Of a stretch of 64,000 bases of DNA, positions 40,387 through 53,213 are shown piece by piece. Source of the DNA: Eledone cirrhosa (Eukaryota); the NCBI GenBank assembly GCA_964016885.1, contig OZ024744.1, positions 71,176,001 to 71,240,000 of the forward strand. The letters run 5' to 3'. The translations under genes and the position numbers were made by a program. The notes beneath the pieces are model-generated. The model had not been told where the DNA came from. It worked only from the letters and a program-made list of their open reading frames with translations, and did not search any database. The stretch's first letter is position 1; each line of letters starts with the position of its first letter.

Positions 40387-40786
40387 ACATATAAATGCAT
40401 GTATAGTTTGTATACCTAATGATATACAGTATGTTTATGAATAAACATTTGAAAGCCTTTCGCTATGAATTTTGGAAGCTGATGGTTAGCGCCATCTAGC
40501 ATATTCCATCTTGAACTGCTGACTTCTATATGCAAATTAGGCAAATCAGCCTATGTATATAGGCGTCAAAACTATATATACGCGCCTGTATTAAATTCCA
40601 GCTGAAAGCAGGGTAGGGGGAGCACAGCCAGAATCAATCATCGGAAGTTACCCTCTCCTGCTTCTGCTGAATTCGATAGACTGTGCTAGCCATCAGCTTC
40701 CAAAATTCATAGTGAAAGGCTTTCAAATGTTTATTTGCAAACATATCATATATCATTAGATATACAAAATACACATACTTATATGT
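40387..40786. mobile_element. MITE with ~100 bp imperfect TIRs
   Basis: aataaacatttgaaagcctttcgctatgaattttggaagctgatgg and its reverse complement at ~40690-40737. Confidence 0.8.
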
Positions 40787-42107
40787 CTAAAAATGTTTAA
40801 CTCTTTTAATACCAAGCTGCCTGAAACAGCCCTGGATTTATAGTACAAAATTATTCATTTAAAAATTTTAATACTGATATTAAATCATTCCTTCATGAGA
40901 ATTTTAGAATGTTTTGCTAAGTATTGTTATAAATATCAGCTTATTAATGAATGACTAAGTAAGTCTTCTTCTTTGCCCACTTATTCATGGGAGGTTGTGG
41001 AAGCAGAGTTCTTAAGCACGCCTTCCAGTGGGTCCTGTCAGAAACAGCTGTCTCCAATTGATCTGATCCGATCTTCAAGTGAAACAGGCTGAGTTCATAG
41101 ATGTTTTCCAATGATCTTGCTTAGGATCTACACCTGGGCCGGTTAGTTTTGCCTGTAAAATCTATCCAGTAATCTTTCTTTTGATATTCTTACCATATGT
41201 CCATAGTATCAGAGAGACTGAATTATTTTGTTAAATTTTGTTAAATATTTGATAACACGCAGGAAGCCTATTTCATTAGAAATACAATAATGAAAGTATT
41301 AAAAGTATCGACATAACATCTGAGGGCAAGGTAATTTTATAGAGAATTGTTTTTAACTCCATGATGAATTAAAGTAAATTATTTAAAGAATCCTTTCAAA
41401 TAATTTGAGGTGATTCCAAGAAAGCTTCTTTTTTATTTTTTTGAAAAAAAAAAAAATTTGATTGGCAATCAAAGCAAGAACAACTACATCTCTTAAATTT
41501 CACTGCAAAACTCGACATCAGTATTAACATCACTCCTGATCCACTAAGTGATTTAAAAACCTTTTAGCTAAAAGTCTTAAACAATACAGAAATATGTCAT
41601 TCAAATACTACATTAAAAAAATATAAATTGTGGAACCAGTAATCCTATCCAAATTGTTTTCAGTTATATCCAAGCAAATCCAATCGATGTGTATACAACA
41701 AAGATTTGAGAACTATTGAATCAGTTGCTTGATAATAAATAACTCTGAGTACCATCGCTCAAAAACTTAGCTTTAAATGAATAATTGTTTCTGATTTAGG
41801 CACAAGGCCAACAATTTTGGCGGATGGAAAAGTCGATTAAATTGACCCCAGTGTATTACTAGTACTTTATTTTATTGACCCCATAAGGATGAAAGGCAAA
41901 GCTAAAATGAATAATACTATTCCACTCCACTCAACCTAACATTATTGGGCATTGGGTACTTTTTTCCTTGTACCTCACACCAGTGTAAAATCGCCATCAT
42001 TTATCTATATAGAATTAAAAGAATATATGTATATAAATACATATAACACACACAGGCACAGACACACACACACACACATATATATATATATTATGTATAT
42101 ATATATG

Positions 42108-42219
<112 letters not shown>

Positions 42220-42645
42220 ATAGATAACCTTATCATCATCATCATCATCATCATCCTTTAATGTCAGTTTTCCTTGGTACTAATGAAAGAAAAGAGCAAT
42301 CAACACATAATGTGAAAGTTGAGAATATTTGTATTAACAGTTTGACTTATGTTTGTATTACCAAACAACTACCCATCAACTCTGTTAGACTAGACAATGC
42401 GGTGCCATCAGGCACTGTGTTGTCTGCATCGACTGGGACTGGACGATTTAAATATCTCATGTCACACTAGCATATATAACACATGTTCTAAACTAACCAA
42501 TAGAGGCGCTTCTTTAAACTCCAGGCCACTAGCCTCTTCATTTCAAATATCACTTATTTTGATTACAACTGAAAGACTTAATTGTATTTACTCCCACAAA
42601 ATCATTTGGTAATGTCAAAATTGGTCAAACTGTTTATATATATAT

Positions 42646-43556
42646 ATAATAAGGGGTGACGGAGCCAGCATATTTATCAATGCCAGTACCGGTTGTATCT
42701 CAGCGCACTCAATGGGCAATGTAAGATACATTACCAGAGTATACACATAGTTATTTGCCTCAACACAACACACGTAAAACGGGTGCCTATAAGGTTCCCG
42801 GACTCGAGTTTCTGCCGCACTAATGCAGCAGTAAGGTGCACTGCACCATCTGTCTGCATATATTATGCAACAATACACAATCGGCTTATGCGGCTTCATC
42901 AGCGGGTACCACCTAATCAATAACCAATCGATCGACAGAATCCAAACACCGGCCCATGCCGGTCATGACTGTTTGTGACAACTGACACAGTAAAGCTATT
43001 AGCAACTGGCAACCGATAGGACTCTATCTCTCAACTAGCCACTGATTTACACATTTTACGTGGGGACGGGAAGCTAAAAAGAATCAATCTTTTAGTTCCT
43101 GTCAGAAGCTCTTAGCCAACGTGTCTCACACACAAATTATCAAGGGGTGAAAAGATGGCTATTAGAAATAGCAGTTCACATTGATATAAAATAGAATGGT
43201 ACCATTCGGTTCATGTCTCCAAGCCCCATGGCTAGAGGAAAGCGATCGTAACAATGGTAGTGCCAAGAACCTTTAACGGACTTTAAATGCGATCATCCAT
43301 TATATACCAATATAGTAGCGAGCTGAAACGTGTCAGCCACGTGCATAGATAACCAGTCTAATTCACGACTTAAAAGAGTGAGAGACAAAATTAGTAGCAA
43401 GAAAAAGAGTGCATATCAAAACAAAAACACAATAAAAAGTGAAAAATTGTTTAACTTACTCTCAATATTCCGCTCGTTGGGAGATAATAATAATAAGGGT
43501 TGACGGACCCAGCATATTTATCAATGCCAGTACCGGTTGTATCTCAGCGCACTCAT
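42646..43556 (-). mobile_element. Non-coding element with ~66 bp terminal direct repeat and an HHR (Penelope pLTR/retrozyme-like)
   Basis: ataataaggg.tgacgga.ccagcat...gcgcactca at ~42646 and ~43491. Confidence 0.7.
42793..42910 (-). ncRNA. Type I hammerhead with expanded, branched stem II
   Basis: ggtacccg CTGATGA a gccgca ...~70 nt... tgcggc a GAAA ctcgag TC cgggaacc. Confidence 0.75.
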
Positions 43557-44123
43557 AGATTGATACATATCAAAATAAGAAAACTCGCCTGTCAACTACT
43601 TTGACCACTGGTTGCTAGTCTCTGTCCTCTGAGGTATTTTGGCCCATCCTTTTCTTTGACAGCATTTAGCTGTTTTAACAGTTGCTCTTGTGGTGATTTC
43701 TCATTTTTATATGTATTCCAATACACTCTCCCTTTGTCTTGATCAGAGACAACATTGTTTTTTTCATTTACATATATATTATTTATATATATAGATGATC
43801 ACAAGAAGAGATTAATAATTTTTATTAAGGTCAACTCAGAGTCCTATAATTCTGGACATTAATTTGACCTTAATAAAAATGTTATATATATATATATATG
43901 TATGTATAAATATACATATATATATTTATTCAGGTTTGAGGTTCACCACTGGATAGAGCTGGTCAATTCCGCATGGTCAATCTTAATGTAATAATATGGA
44001 GAGTACTCAACGTAAAGCAGTTCAACCGTCTTTGTTTTTGTAGTTGGTGGTGCTAGTACGGAGTTAAATATTATAATGAAATAACAGGAGGCTGGACTTG
44101 TGTAAATCCTTGAAAGGTTTATT

Positions 44124-44181
44124 ATACTATGATCATTTCAATGACCGGGTTCCGTATGAATCCGGTGATATCATCAGGTAT
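44124..44181 (-). ncRNA. Minimal type I hammerhead (left arm of palindrome)
   Basis: Mirror of 44382-44439. Confidence 0.75.
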
Positions 44182-44381
44182 TCAAAATATAATAAATGAA
44201 TGTAATAGATAAAATCCATGGGGATGAAAATTAAAGACCGGAGGACGACCGCCATCCAGCATCTTCCACCTTTGCCAAGGGTGACCGGCAAAGGTGGAAG
44301 ATGCTGGATGGCGGTCGTCCTCCGGTCTTTGATTTTCATCCCCATGGATTTTATCTATTACATTCATTTATTATATTTCGA

Positions 44382-44439
44382 ATACCTGATGATATCACCG
44401 GATTCATACGGAACCCGGTCATTGAAATGATCATAGTAT
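44382..44439 (+). ncRNA. Minimal type I hammerhead (right arm of palindrome)
   Basis: atac CTGATGA t at c accgg..ccggt c at t GAAA tgatca TA gtat AATAAA. Confidence 0.75.
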
Positions 44440-44509
44440 AATAAACCTTTCAAGGATTTACACAAGTCCAGCCTCCTGTCATTTCATTATAATATATATA
44501 TATATATAT

Positions 44510-44806
44510 ATTGTTATACTTTGGGAGGGTCATGTTGACACAATAAGAAACACACGCACCAATTGCTTTCACTTCAATTTATTATAATAAATTTATAAAT
44601 TTAGGAATTTATAAATTTCCGGTTGGTTGGTTGGTTCCACAACCAGATGATTGTTTATTGTCAAAGTTCTTTCGTCACACATTCTGTGACCTCTTCAGTG
44701 ACTGGGGATTCTTTTCTTTGTTTTTGTGCCTCTCCTTTGTTCTGTCCTCGGTTTCAACACACGTTTTCAGATAAAGAATCTTGCTAAACAAATTCAGAAA
44801 TGAAAT
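44510..44806 (-). mobile_element. Penelope pLTR fragment with HHR at 44660-44703
   Basis: Homologous to 23218-23530; terminal ~57 bp inverted. Confidence 0.85.
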
Positions 44807-44852
44807 ATATATATATTGTTATACTTGATTTCATATCAAAAACCTCGCAAAA

Positions 44853-44891
<39 letters not shown>

Positions 44892-45037
44892 ATTAAAAGT
44901 TTAACAAGGTTCAATGAATTAATCAATGAATAAAGTTTCACAATAGATTAGAAGCACTCTACAGTTTATATATATACATATATCATCATCATATATATAT
45001 ATATATATCATCATCATCATCATATATATATATATAT

Positions 45038-47642
45038 CATCATCATCATTTTACGTCCGCTTTTCCCTGCTTGCAAGGGTGGGATGTGTGTTATTAAGCA
45101 TGGCATCTCTCCATTCATCATGGTCCTTTGTCATCTCCTCCGTGAGCTTCAGTGATCTGAGGTCTGCTCTCACCACCTCCGCCCATGTTTTTCATAATCT
45201 TCCTTCTACTGGGATTTCTTAACACTTCTTTACCCAGAGGTCATCCTCCATGTGCATCACATGTCCATACCAACGCAGTCTTCTCTCCCGCACAATACAA
45301 CTTATCCCTCTTATACACAGTTTCTCTCTCAACTCATCTATGCTTGGTCATTCACGCACATTGACATTGCACATCCAATGGAGCATGCTTGCTTCATTTC
45401 TCTCCAACTGTTGCATATCTTCCACAGCTGCTGCCCATATTTCACTACCATCCAGCATCGCACATCTCACACAGGCATCATATAACCGGCCTTTCGTTCG
45501 TAAGGAGAAACCCTTCTTTGTCAACAGAGGAAGCAACTCCCTAATCTTCTTCCAACCCATCCTTATCCTAGATATTATGGCCTTGGAGCACGCTCCTCCC
45601 TTACTAATCTGATCACCTAGGTATCAGAAGCACCTAGGTATCAATCACCTCAATAGGTCCTACCCACATTTGAAAAATGTATCTATCACTGCGACTTCTA
45701 CTGTCATATTTCCTTCATATCTATATATGTAGTTTTCCCTACCCGTTTGTTTGTCTGCTATCCCACTACATACTACTTTCCTACATATTGAACATGGCAA
45801 TTTCTCGGATGTCCTCTTTTCTACTTATCAACACTTTTGTCTTGGTTAGGTTTACTTTCAGTCCTCTTGATTCCAACTGCTGTTTCCATAGCCAGAATTT
45901 ATTCTCTAGCTCCTCTACTGATTCTCCTATAAGTACCAGATCGTCAGCATAGAGAAGTTCCCATGGGCAGCCAGTCTTAAAATCCTCTGTTATAGCTTGG
46001 AGGACTATAATGAACAAGAGCGGGCTGAGGACCGAACCCTGATGTACTCCTACTCGTATCTGGAATTCCTCACTAAACTCCATTCCTACTCTCACTTTAC
46101 TGACAACACCCTTGTACATAGCTTGTACTGTATTCACAAGCCATTCCTCTACACCTAGTTTCCTTAGGAACCACCAGATGACAGATCGAGGTACTCTATC
46201 AAATGCCTTTTCTAGGTCAACAAAAGCTAAGTATAGTGGCTTATTTTTCTCTAAGAACCTCTCTTGTAATTGTCTCGCTAAGAACAGAGCATCTGTTGTA
46301 CTTTTCCCAGGCACGAAACCAAACTGCATCTCATCTAATTTGATCCTTTCTCTAATTAGTTGTGCCAGCATTCTTTCTGCCACTTTTATAACCTGATCCA
46401 TCAGTTTTATGCCTCTATAATTGCTCCTCTCCAGAACATCCCCTTTACCTACCTTTGTAGCAATTTATAAGGATACTGCTGCACTAGTCTTTGGGTATGA
46501 CTCCATCATATATAGCTTGGTTGACAATGGGTGCAACCAGTTTAGTTCCTACTTCTCCAGATGCCTTCAGCATCTCAGCAACTATCCCCGATGGTCCAGT
46601 GGCCTTACCCCTTTTCATTTCCTTAATTGCCTCTTGGATCCTATATTCGTCAATCTCAATAGCTGATCCCTCTGTTGGGTCTACCAGGGGTAGTTTCTCT
46701 CTCTCTTCCATTCGTTCTCAACATTCATCAGTCTCTCATAATGACATTTCCAGGCCTCCTTTTTTTGAGCATCAGTGACACTAAGTACACCCACATCATT
46801 TCAGACACACTTATCTCCGACAACATCTTCATTTTTACACTGACATACTGCTTTGCAATGCGGAACACTGCATGTCTCTGATCTTCTTGTCACAGAACAT
46901 TGGCAAACCTCCTACTTTCAGCTTCCCTGCATGCTAAGTAGACCTGACATCTAGCTTCTCTTTTAGCGGATGTGTATCGGTCTCTACTCCCACCATTTTC
47001 CCAAGCCTTCCATGCTAGTCTTTTGTCTCTAATGGCCCTATCTACCGTGCTGTTCCACCACCAGGTCACCCTCTATCTGGTCAGAACTCTGCTCCAGCCA
47101 CAAGTTTTTTCAGTAGCCTGCGGTAAGTTGTCATGTATGAAATTCCAGTTATCATCTATGTCATATGATTCTAACTCATCTTCTTTTTCGCCATACACAT
47201 CTTGAAAGGCTTTCCTAAATTTATATTTTAGTGAAAGGTCTTTTAGCTTCCTGACCTTCCTTTTCCACACCTTCCTGTATGTCTCATTTTGTCTCTTGCT
47301 TATTGAGATGTCACTAATGACTAACCTATGCTGGAGGGTACATTCTTCCCCGGGGTATGCCTTAGTATTTGACACCATCTGTCTATCTTGTTGCCTAACT
47401 AGCAAGAAGTCAATCTGGCTTATGTGCTTGCCTGTTTGGTAGGTTAGGTGGATGGTAGGTTTCTTCAAGTTAGTGTTGCAAATGGTTAGTGCACTTGCAT
47501 CACAAAATTCAAGAAGCCTCACTACTTCGTTTCTTGAGCCATAACCATGACCACAATGTACCTGAGTGTATCCATCCTGGAGGTGACCAACATGACCATT
47601 GAAGTCCTTTGCTAGTATAACTATGTCTCTGTCCTCTGTCAT
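45038..47642 (-). mobile_element. RTE family A, 5'-truncated and degenerate
   Basis: ORF 45781-46401 FVDLEKAFDRV/LYADDL; KDFNGHVG; tail. Confidence 0.93.
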
Positions 47643-48037
47643 ATATATATATATATTTGTGTGTGTCTGTGAATGAAGTATTTCCATCAGAAAGGTACAG
47701 GAAAAAAGAGTGCTCTATATAGGCTACAGAGCTTATTAGTTATGTAATAAACAGCATAAGAAACCACTGGTAAATGAAATAATTATCTTATGTTGTTTAT
47801 TACATAACTAAATATATATAAATATATATACAGAGAGAGAGAGAGAGAGAGTCTGCAGTGCTGAGACAGGGAAGACCACTAACCATGGAAGTACTTCATC
47901 CATGGGGAGATGCAGAGTGATTAATAAAATCCTAATCGCAGTCAAGCAGTTTTGGCTTGTATGTTCAGCAAGCTTTTCAAGGGTGTAGTAATTTTAGCAG
48001 GTCAGGATTTTACCTATCCCTCTCTCTATATATACAC

Positions 48038-48070
<33 letters not shown>

Positions 48071-48584
48071 AAATATGTAGTTTAGGAAGCCACAACAATG
48101 CAGATGGGAAATCTCGAGGTAGGAAGTGAGTGAGAAATAGGAGAAAAGTGGAAAATGAGACAAAAAGGAAAACAAAACAAAGGTAGAAGTGTTACCGTAG
48201 TGGAGATTTAATCCCAATATTTCGGGCTCACGCCCATCAATGGGGGGAAAGTTCCAAAAGGGGCGGAACAGGCTAAGCCGGAGAAAGTTGTTGTATTGTC
48301 GTTAAAACATAGGAATGCCGTTATGGGGAAAATTCAAACGAGGGAAAGAATGCGCGTGCGCGTGATAGGCTGTGGCAAAAGCTACTGACCAATTGGGTTA
48401 AATCAATAGGGTGCGCTGCATTGTTGTGGCTTTCTAAACTACATATTTTACATATTTCACAATGCTTCAAGCAAACTTTAACACCCTCATATATATATAT
48501 ATATAAGTCCCAGTTCAAGCTGGGGTAATCACAGTAAGTAAGGTACTCAATATATTAGTAGAGTGTCAACAAACAAATTTAATA

Positions 48585-49925
48585 TAGGAGGAGTTTAAGA
48601 CTGGATGCCCATGGGAACTTCTGTATGCGGATGATCTTATACTTATAGCTGAATCTATGGCGGAACTAAAGAAGAAATTCCAAATATGGAAGCAGGATTA
48701 GAAAGAAGGGGGCTCAAAGTCAACCTGTCAAAGACTAAGGTGCTCGTAAGAAGCTCATGGAGGAGATGACAAAGGACCATAATGAATGGAGAGATGCCAT
48801 GCTTAATAACACACATCCCACCTTCTCTCAGGGAAATGACCTTGCTCAATATGTAGGAAAGGTGTAGGTAGGAATTCTATCCTCCGCCCCAAATGTAAAC
48901 TTTGGGTACACAAGAGATGTAGCGGGATCTCAGGAAGCTTAGTTAGGAATGTTGGCTTCACATGTAGCAGCCGCACTGGGACAGCAAGCAGCAAACAGCC
49001 ACAGGAACCAAGCACTACCAAACTCTGGGAAGGCTTGGTAGAAACAGAAGACATCTTCTGCTACCTAGGTGACCAAATTAGCAGCGGAGGTGGGTGTTCT
49101 GAAAGTACAGTAACCATGGTAAGAATGGGATGGAAGAAGTTCGGGGAGCTACTGCCACTGCTAGCTGCAAAAGGCTTTTCCCTCAAAATGAAAAGCAGAC
49201 TGTATGATGCGTGTATACGAACAGCAATGTTACATGGTAGTGAGACCTGGGCGCTGTCTGTAGAAGACTTGCGTAGATTAGAAAGAAACAACGTATATTA
49301 CTATTACACATCTGATGGATGTGTAATAGTAATATACGCGAATGGCAAAGCATAAACAAACTGAGAGAGAGACTGAACATAAGAAGAATCGAATGGTGTG
49401 TGCAGAAGAGGAGGATGTGTTGGTTTAGACATGTGATGCGTAAGAAGGATGACAACTGCATAAAACGGTGCAGAGCACTAAAAGTTGATGGGAGCCGTGG
49501 AGTGGGGAGACCCAAGAAGACTGGAACGAGGTGATAAAAGCAGACCTTGCCCAATTGCACCTCTCAAAGGCGATGACACATGGGCGTGATGCAGTAATAC
49601 AGAAGACCCGACTTCCCAGGGGAACAAGCTGAAGCCGAAGCATTTAGACATTATGCCCCCCCCCCCTCCAACTGCAAAGTGGTCATGGAGGTGTCACGAC
49701 AAAAAAGCACCCAGACCACACTGTAAACTGGATGTGTAGGCGCCACGGAAAAAAGCACCCAGCACTCACTGTAAATGAGGTTGGTGTTAGGAAGGGCATC
49801 CAGCTGTAGAAATCAAGCCAAAACCAGTTCCCATATGAGCAAGACAAGGTCAGCTGTCTGGACACTGCCCACAACAGGACAACCCGTCTAACCCATGCAA
49901 GAATCGACATAAAACGGTGATGATG
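48585..49925 (+). mobile_element. Degenerate RTE (family B-like) 3' half
   Basis: GCPWELLYADDL, FCYLGD, LHGSETW; SINE-like UTR and (TGA)n tail. Confidence 0.88.
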
Positions 49926-50192
49926 AAATGGCTTCTACAGGACTAAAACTGTTTCATTCGATGGAAATAATTGAATGAAACAGTTTTAGTCCTGTAGAAG
50001 CCATTTATATATGTATCATCTTCATCATCATCACCGTTTTACGTCCATTCTTCCATGCTAGCATGGAGCATGGGTTAGACAGGTTGTCCTGTTGTGAGCA
50101 GTACCTGGTCGGCTGATATATATAAATATGTGTAAATATGATAATAATGGAGCTGCGGCGCTGCAAATAGGTTACATATGAAAAAGTTTGTC

Positions 50193-50258
50193 CTCATCAG
50201 TGGCCATCCAACCGTCGTAGGCATTTCGTCGCATTAAAGGCCATATACCTCAGGTTGG
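50193..50258 (-). ncRNA. Non-circularly permuted hammerhead ribozyme
   Basis: aggtaT-A-tggcc ... c GAAAtgcct ... ggcca-CTGATGA g. Confidence 0.72.
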
Positions 50259-50811
50259 TGCGAGCAACGGCTAAAAAAAGTCGTTGGGACACGTAAATAA
50301 AGGGGACGCTAGGGTAAACAAACAAAATGGTTTAAGCAGCAGAAAGTGAGGAAGAAGGAAACAAGTCCCAGATTTCTATGAATATAAATTCGGTGGAATC
50401 GTGAACGAGAGAATAAAGACCATCAAACCTGGTTGAAATGTGAGCAAGGAAGGAATTTCGCACAGGTCTAACGGGAGGAAGAAGGGGTCTGGTCTGCGAA
50501 TTCGGTAAACATAAGTTCTGTGAAGTCGCAGACGAGAGAGAGAGAAAACAAATTCATACCGGATGGCCAAGTGCCCGCGAGAAAAGGATTACGGACAGGT
50601 CAAACGGGAAGAAAAGGGAGGAGGAGAGGTAGTGACAGAGAGTGAGTGAGTGAAAGGTGAGGAAGAGGCTAACAGAGAGAGAGACTGCTAGAAAGGGTAA
50701 AGACACAAAGAACGAAACAGACTGGTGGCAGCGGAGGAAAAAATATATGTGAAAATATGATAATAATGGAGCTGCGGCGCTGCAAATAGGTTACATATGA
50801 AAAAGTTTGTC

Positions 50812-50877
50812 CTCATCAGTGGCCATCCAACCGTCGTAGGCATTTTGTCGCATTAAAGGCCATATACCTCAGGTTGG
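50812..50877 (-). ncRNA. Permuted hammerhead, probably inactive (GAAA changed to AAAA)
   Basis: Plus strand cattttgtcg versus catttcgtcg in the neighbouring copy. Confidence 0.6.
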
Positions 50878-51222
50878 TGCGAGCAACGGATAAAATAAAG
50901 TCGTTGGGACACGTAAATAAAGGGGACGCTAGGGTAAACAAACAAAATGGTTTAAGCAGCAGAAAGTGAGGAAGAAGTCCCAGATTTCTATGAATATAAA
51001 TTCGGTGGAATCGTGAACGAGAGAATAAAGACCATCAAACCTGGTTGAAATGTGAGCAAGGAAGGAATTTCACACAGGTCTAACGGGAGGAAGAAGGGGT
51101 CTGGTCTGCGAATTCGGTAAACATAAGTTCTGTGAAGTCGCAGACGAGAGAGAGAGAAAAAAAAATATATATATATAGTGACGAAACATAAGTCAATTAC
51201 ATGAATTCATAATCCTTTATTT

Positions 51223-51278
51223 ACTGCTATATATATTTCGATGATAGCCATTGAATGGCTATGACCTCATCAGGCAGT
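51223..51278 (-). ncRNA. Minimal type I hammerhead ribozyme
   Basis: actgc CTGATGA ggt c atagccat-tca-atggctat c atc GAAA tatata TA gcagt, then AATAAA. Confidence 0.85.
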
Positions 51279-51529
51279 TAGTCAGTTCTTAGATATGCCA
51301 GCTCTGTGTTATAGTGTTGATGATATCAGAGCCTTGGGACATATATATATATATATATATGTATGTTCCCATGATAGCATGGAAAATAAACGTTAAACGA
51401 TGATGTGTATGTCCTTTTACATTGTTGGTCACAATATACTTCCTTTTTTCACTTCATTGCAGTCTTCTCTTCCTTTTTTTGACCTGAATCATTTGACTAT
51501 GACATCTTCTAAGTGAATATGTCATCTTC

Positions 51530-51690
51530 TTGTGGCTTAATGGTTAGAGAATTGGATTTGCAATCTTGAGGTTGTGCGTTATGTCCTTGAGCAAGACACT
51601 TTATTTCATGTTGCACCTTCTTCCAGGAGTTGCAACGAGTGGATAGTATTAGTAATTGGAAAGACCAATGGGTAATGTTGTTTCCTTGGT
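51530..51690 (+). mobile_element. Degenerate tRNA-SINE
   Basis: Homologous to 21125-21343. Confidence 0.7.
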
Positions 51691-51699
51691 ATATTTTAA

Positions 51700-52020
51700 C
51701 AAGCTCCACTCCACTTGGTAAGTGAATGAGGATCTTGTTGATCGATTCCTTTTTTTGAAATGCCCTCTTCCCATCGTCTCTTCTGAATGGTCACCTCCAA
51801 TTTCTTGAATACTACTTGACAATTGCATGTGTCCACCTGTTGTCTGTGAACCTTGTGATATGTCCAGCCCGCAGTATTTGTGCTTTTGGTATTCTTTGAT
51901 CACATTATTCACTCTGTGCCATTCTCCAATTACCTCGTTTAGGATTTGTTCCCAAGATATTCCTAGCATGGATCTTTGCATGGCCTTCTATGTCATAACC
52001 AATCTCTGTTCTTTCTTCAT
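51700..52020 (-). mobile_element. Old RTE 3' fragment
   Basis: MQRSMLGISW..NEVI, AGHITRFTDNRWT. Confidence 0.65.
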
Positions 52021-52731
52021 ATAAGAAGGAAGATAAGATGGTGTTATTGAAGAGACTGGCTCATAGGGTCTTGTCCAGTTATGCCTTGATCAGAAGCATA
52101 ACTAGGGAAAATAGTGCCTATGGAAAGCAGTGGTATTGTGCCTCTGCCTAGTACTGTATTTTTTTAGCTATGGGCCTAATAATTTATATAAATGATTTAA
52201 TGATCCAGCCATCATAGTGTTCTCACCCACGATAATCAGACAGATCATATATCTGAAGGAGTTTATTTTTTCATGTACCATGCTTGCCTAGTTATGCTTC
52301 TGGCTTTGATCACATCTTTAATCAAGACAAATGCCCACCACCCTGCTTTTACTCATGTCTCAGAATATATTTACAGTCTGCCCAAAGTAGAAATACTCCT
52401 TCACCACAATTTCACTACTTCTCACCACTATTCTACCTTGTGTTGCTTGTATTTTATTTCTATGGTGTTTATTTTGAGGTCTGCTGCTGAAATCTGGGTA
52501 TCCAGCTTTGTTAGCATAGGTGCAGCTAATCTGTGGTTTTTACAGTGATAAGCATGATGTTGTCTGGGAATTAGTACTTTACCATTGGTGTCAATGCCAC
52601 CTCTCTGGTCCCTGAAGTATGTTGTGAATAGTTTTAGTGAGTTAATATCCCTTTTGTTTGATGCCTTTCCTAATAGAAACTCTTATGGGTGGTGGTAACA
52701 GCAGAGTTATATTTGTAGTACATTCTAAGTA

Positions 52732-52862
52732 CACCACCACCACCACCATCACTGCCACCACCACCACCACCACCACCATCACCATAATCACACCACCATC
52801 ACCACCACCACCATTCACCACCACCACAACCACTACTACCACTACTACCACCACCATCACCC
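52732..52862. repeat. (CAC)n microsatellite
   Basis: Direct reading. Confidence 0.9.
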
Positions 52863-53130
52863 CCTGAGCTGTTTCATGTATTGTGCTTTGACTCCTTGCA
52901 TCTCTAGAGACTTCAGAACTGCATCCTTTTATTTACCTATTGGTTTAAATTCAATAGACTGCAGCCATGCTGTACACTGCTTTCAAGATTTTAGTCAATC
53001 TTATCGATCCCAATCTTGTACTTATTTTATTGATCTGTGTTTTATCAAGTGACTAAGTTATCTTTTTTGACACAACTACATATAAACAAACATGGACAGA
53101 GACAATAAAATACACACACACACATATATA

Positions 53131-53213
53131 TATAGGATGTCCCCCAAAAATGTATATGCACTTTAACAGCATTCTAATCAAATTGAGTATACATTTTTAG
53201 GGGACACCCTGTA
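53131..53213. mobile_element. Tiny Tc1/mariner-type MITE; partial second copy at ~53645-53710 within a local duplication
   Basis: ta|taggatgtcccccaaaaatgtata...tatacatttttaggggacaccctg|ta. Confidence 0.6.

Larger units (their letters stand above)
44068..44495. repeat. 428 bp near-perfect palindrome (10 nt loop)
   Basis: Arms are reverse-complementary about 44281/44282 with few mismatches. Confidence 0.95.
50125..51165 (-). mobile_element. ~1.7 monomers (period 619 bp) of the ribozyme-bearing non-coding repeat
   Basis: gataataatggagc at 50140 and 50759; reverse-complement homologue of 148-840. Confidence 0.85.

Noticed and set aside
47736-47810. Small AT-rich inverted repeats (also ~43818-43880)
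   Set aside because: Too short to assign; probably fold-back remnants of TE ends.
48210-48250. Possible minus-strand HHR (uugaug-ggc-guga-gccc-gaaa)
   Set aside because: Core has multiple mismatches and stem I is poor; a decayed remnant at best.
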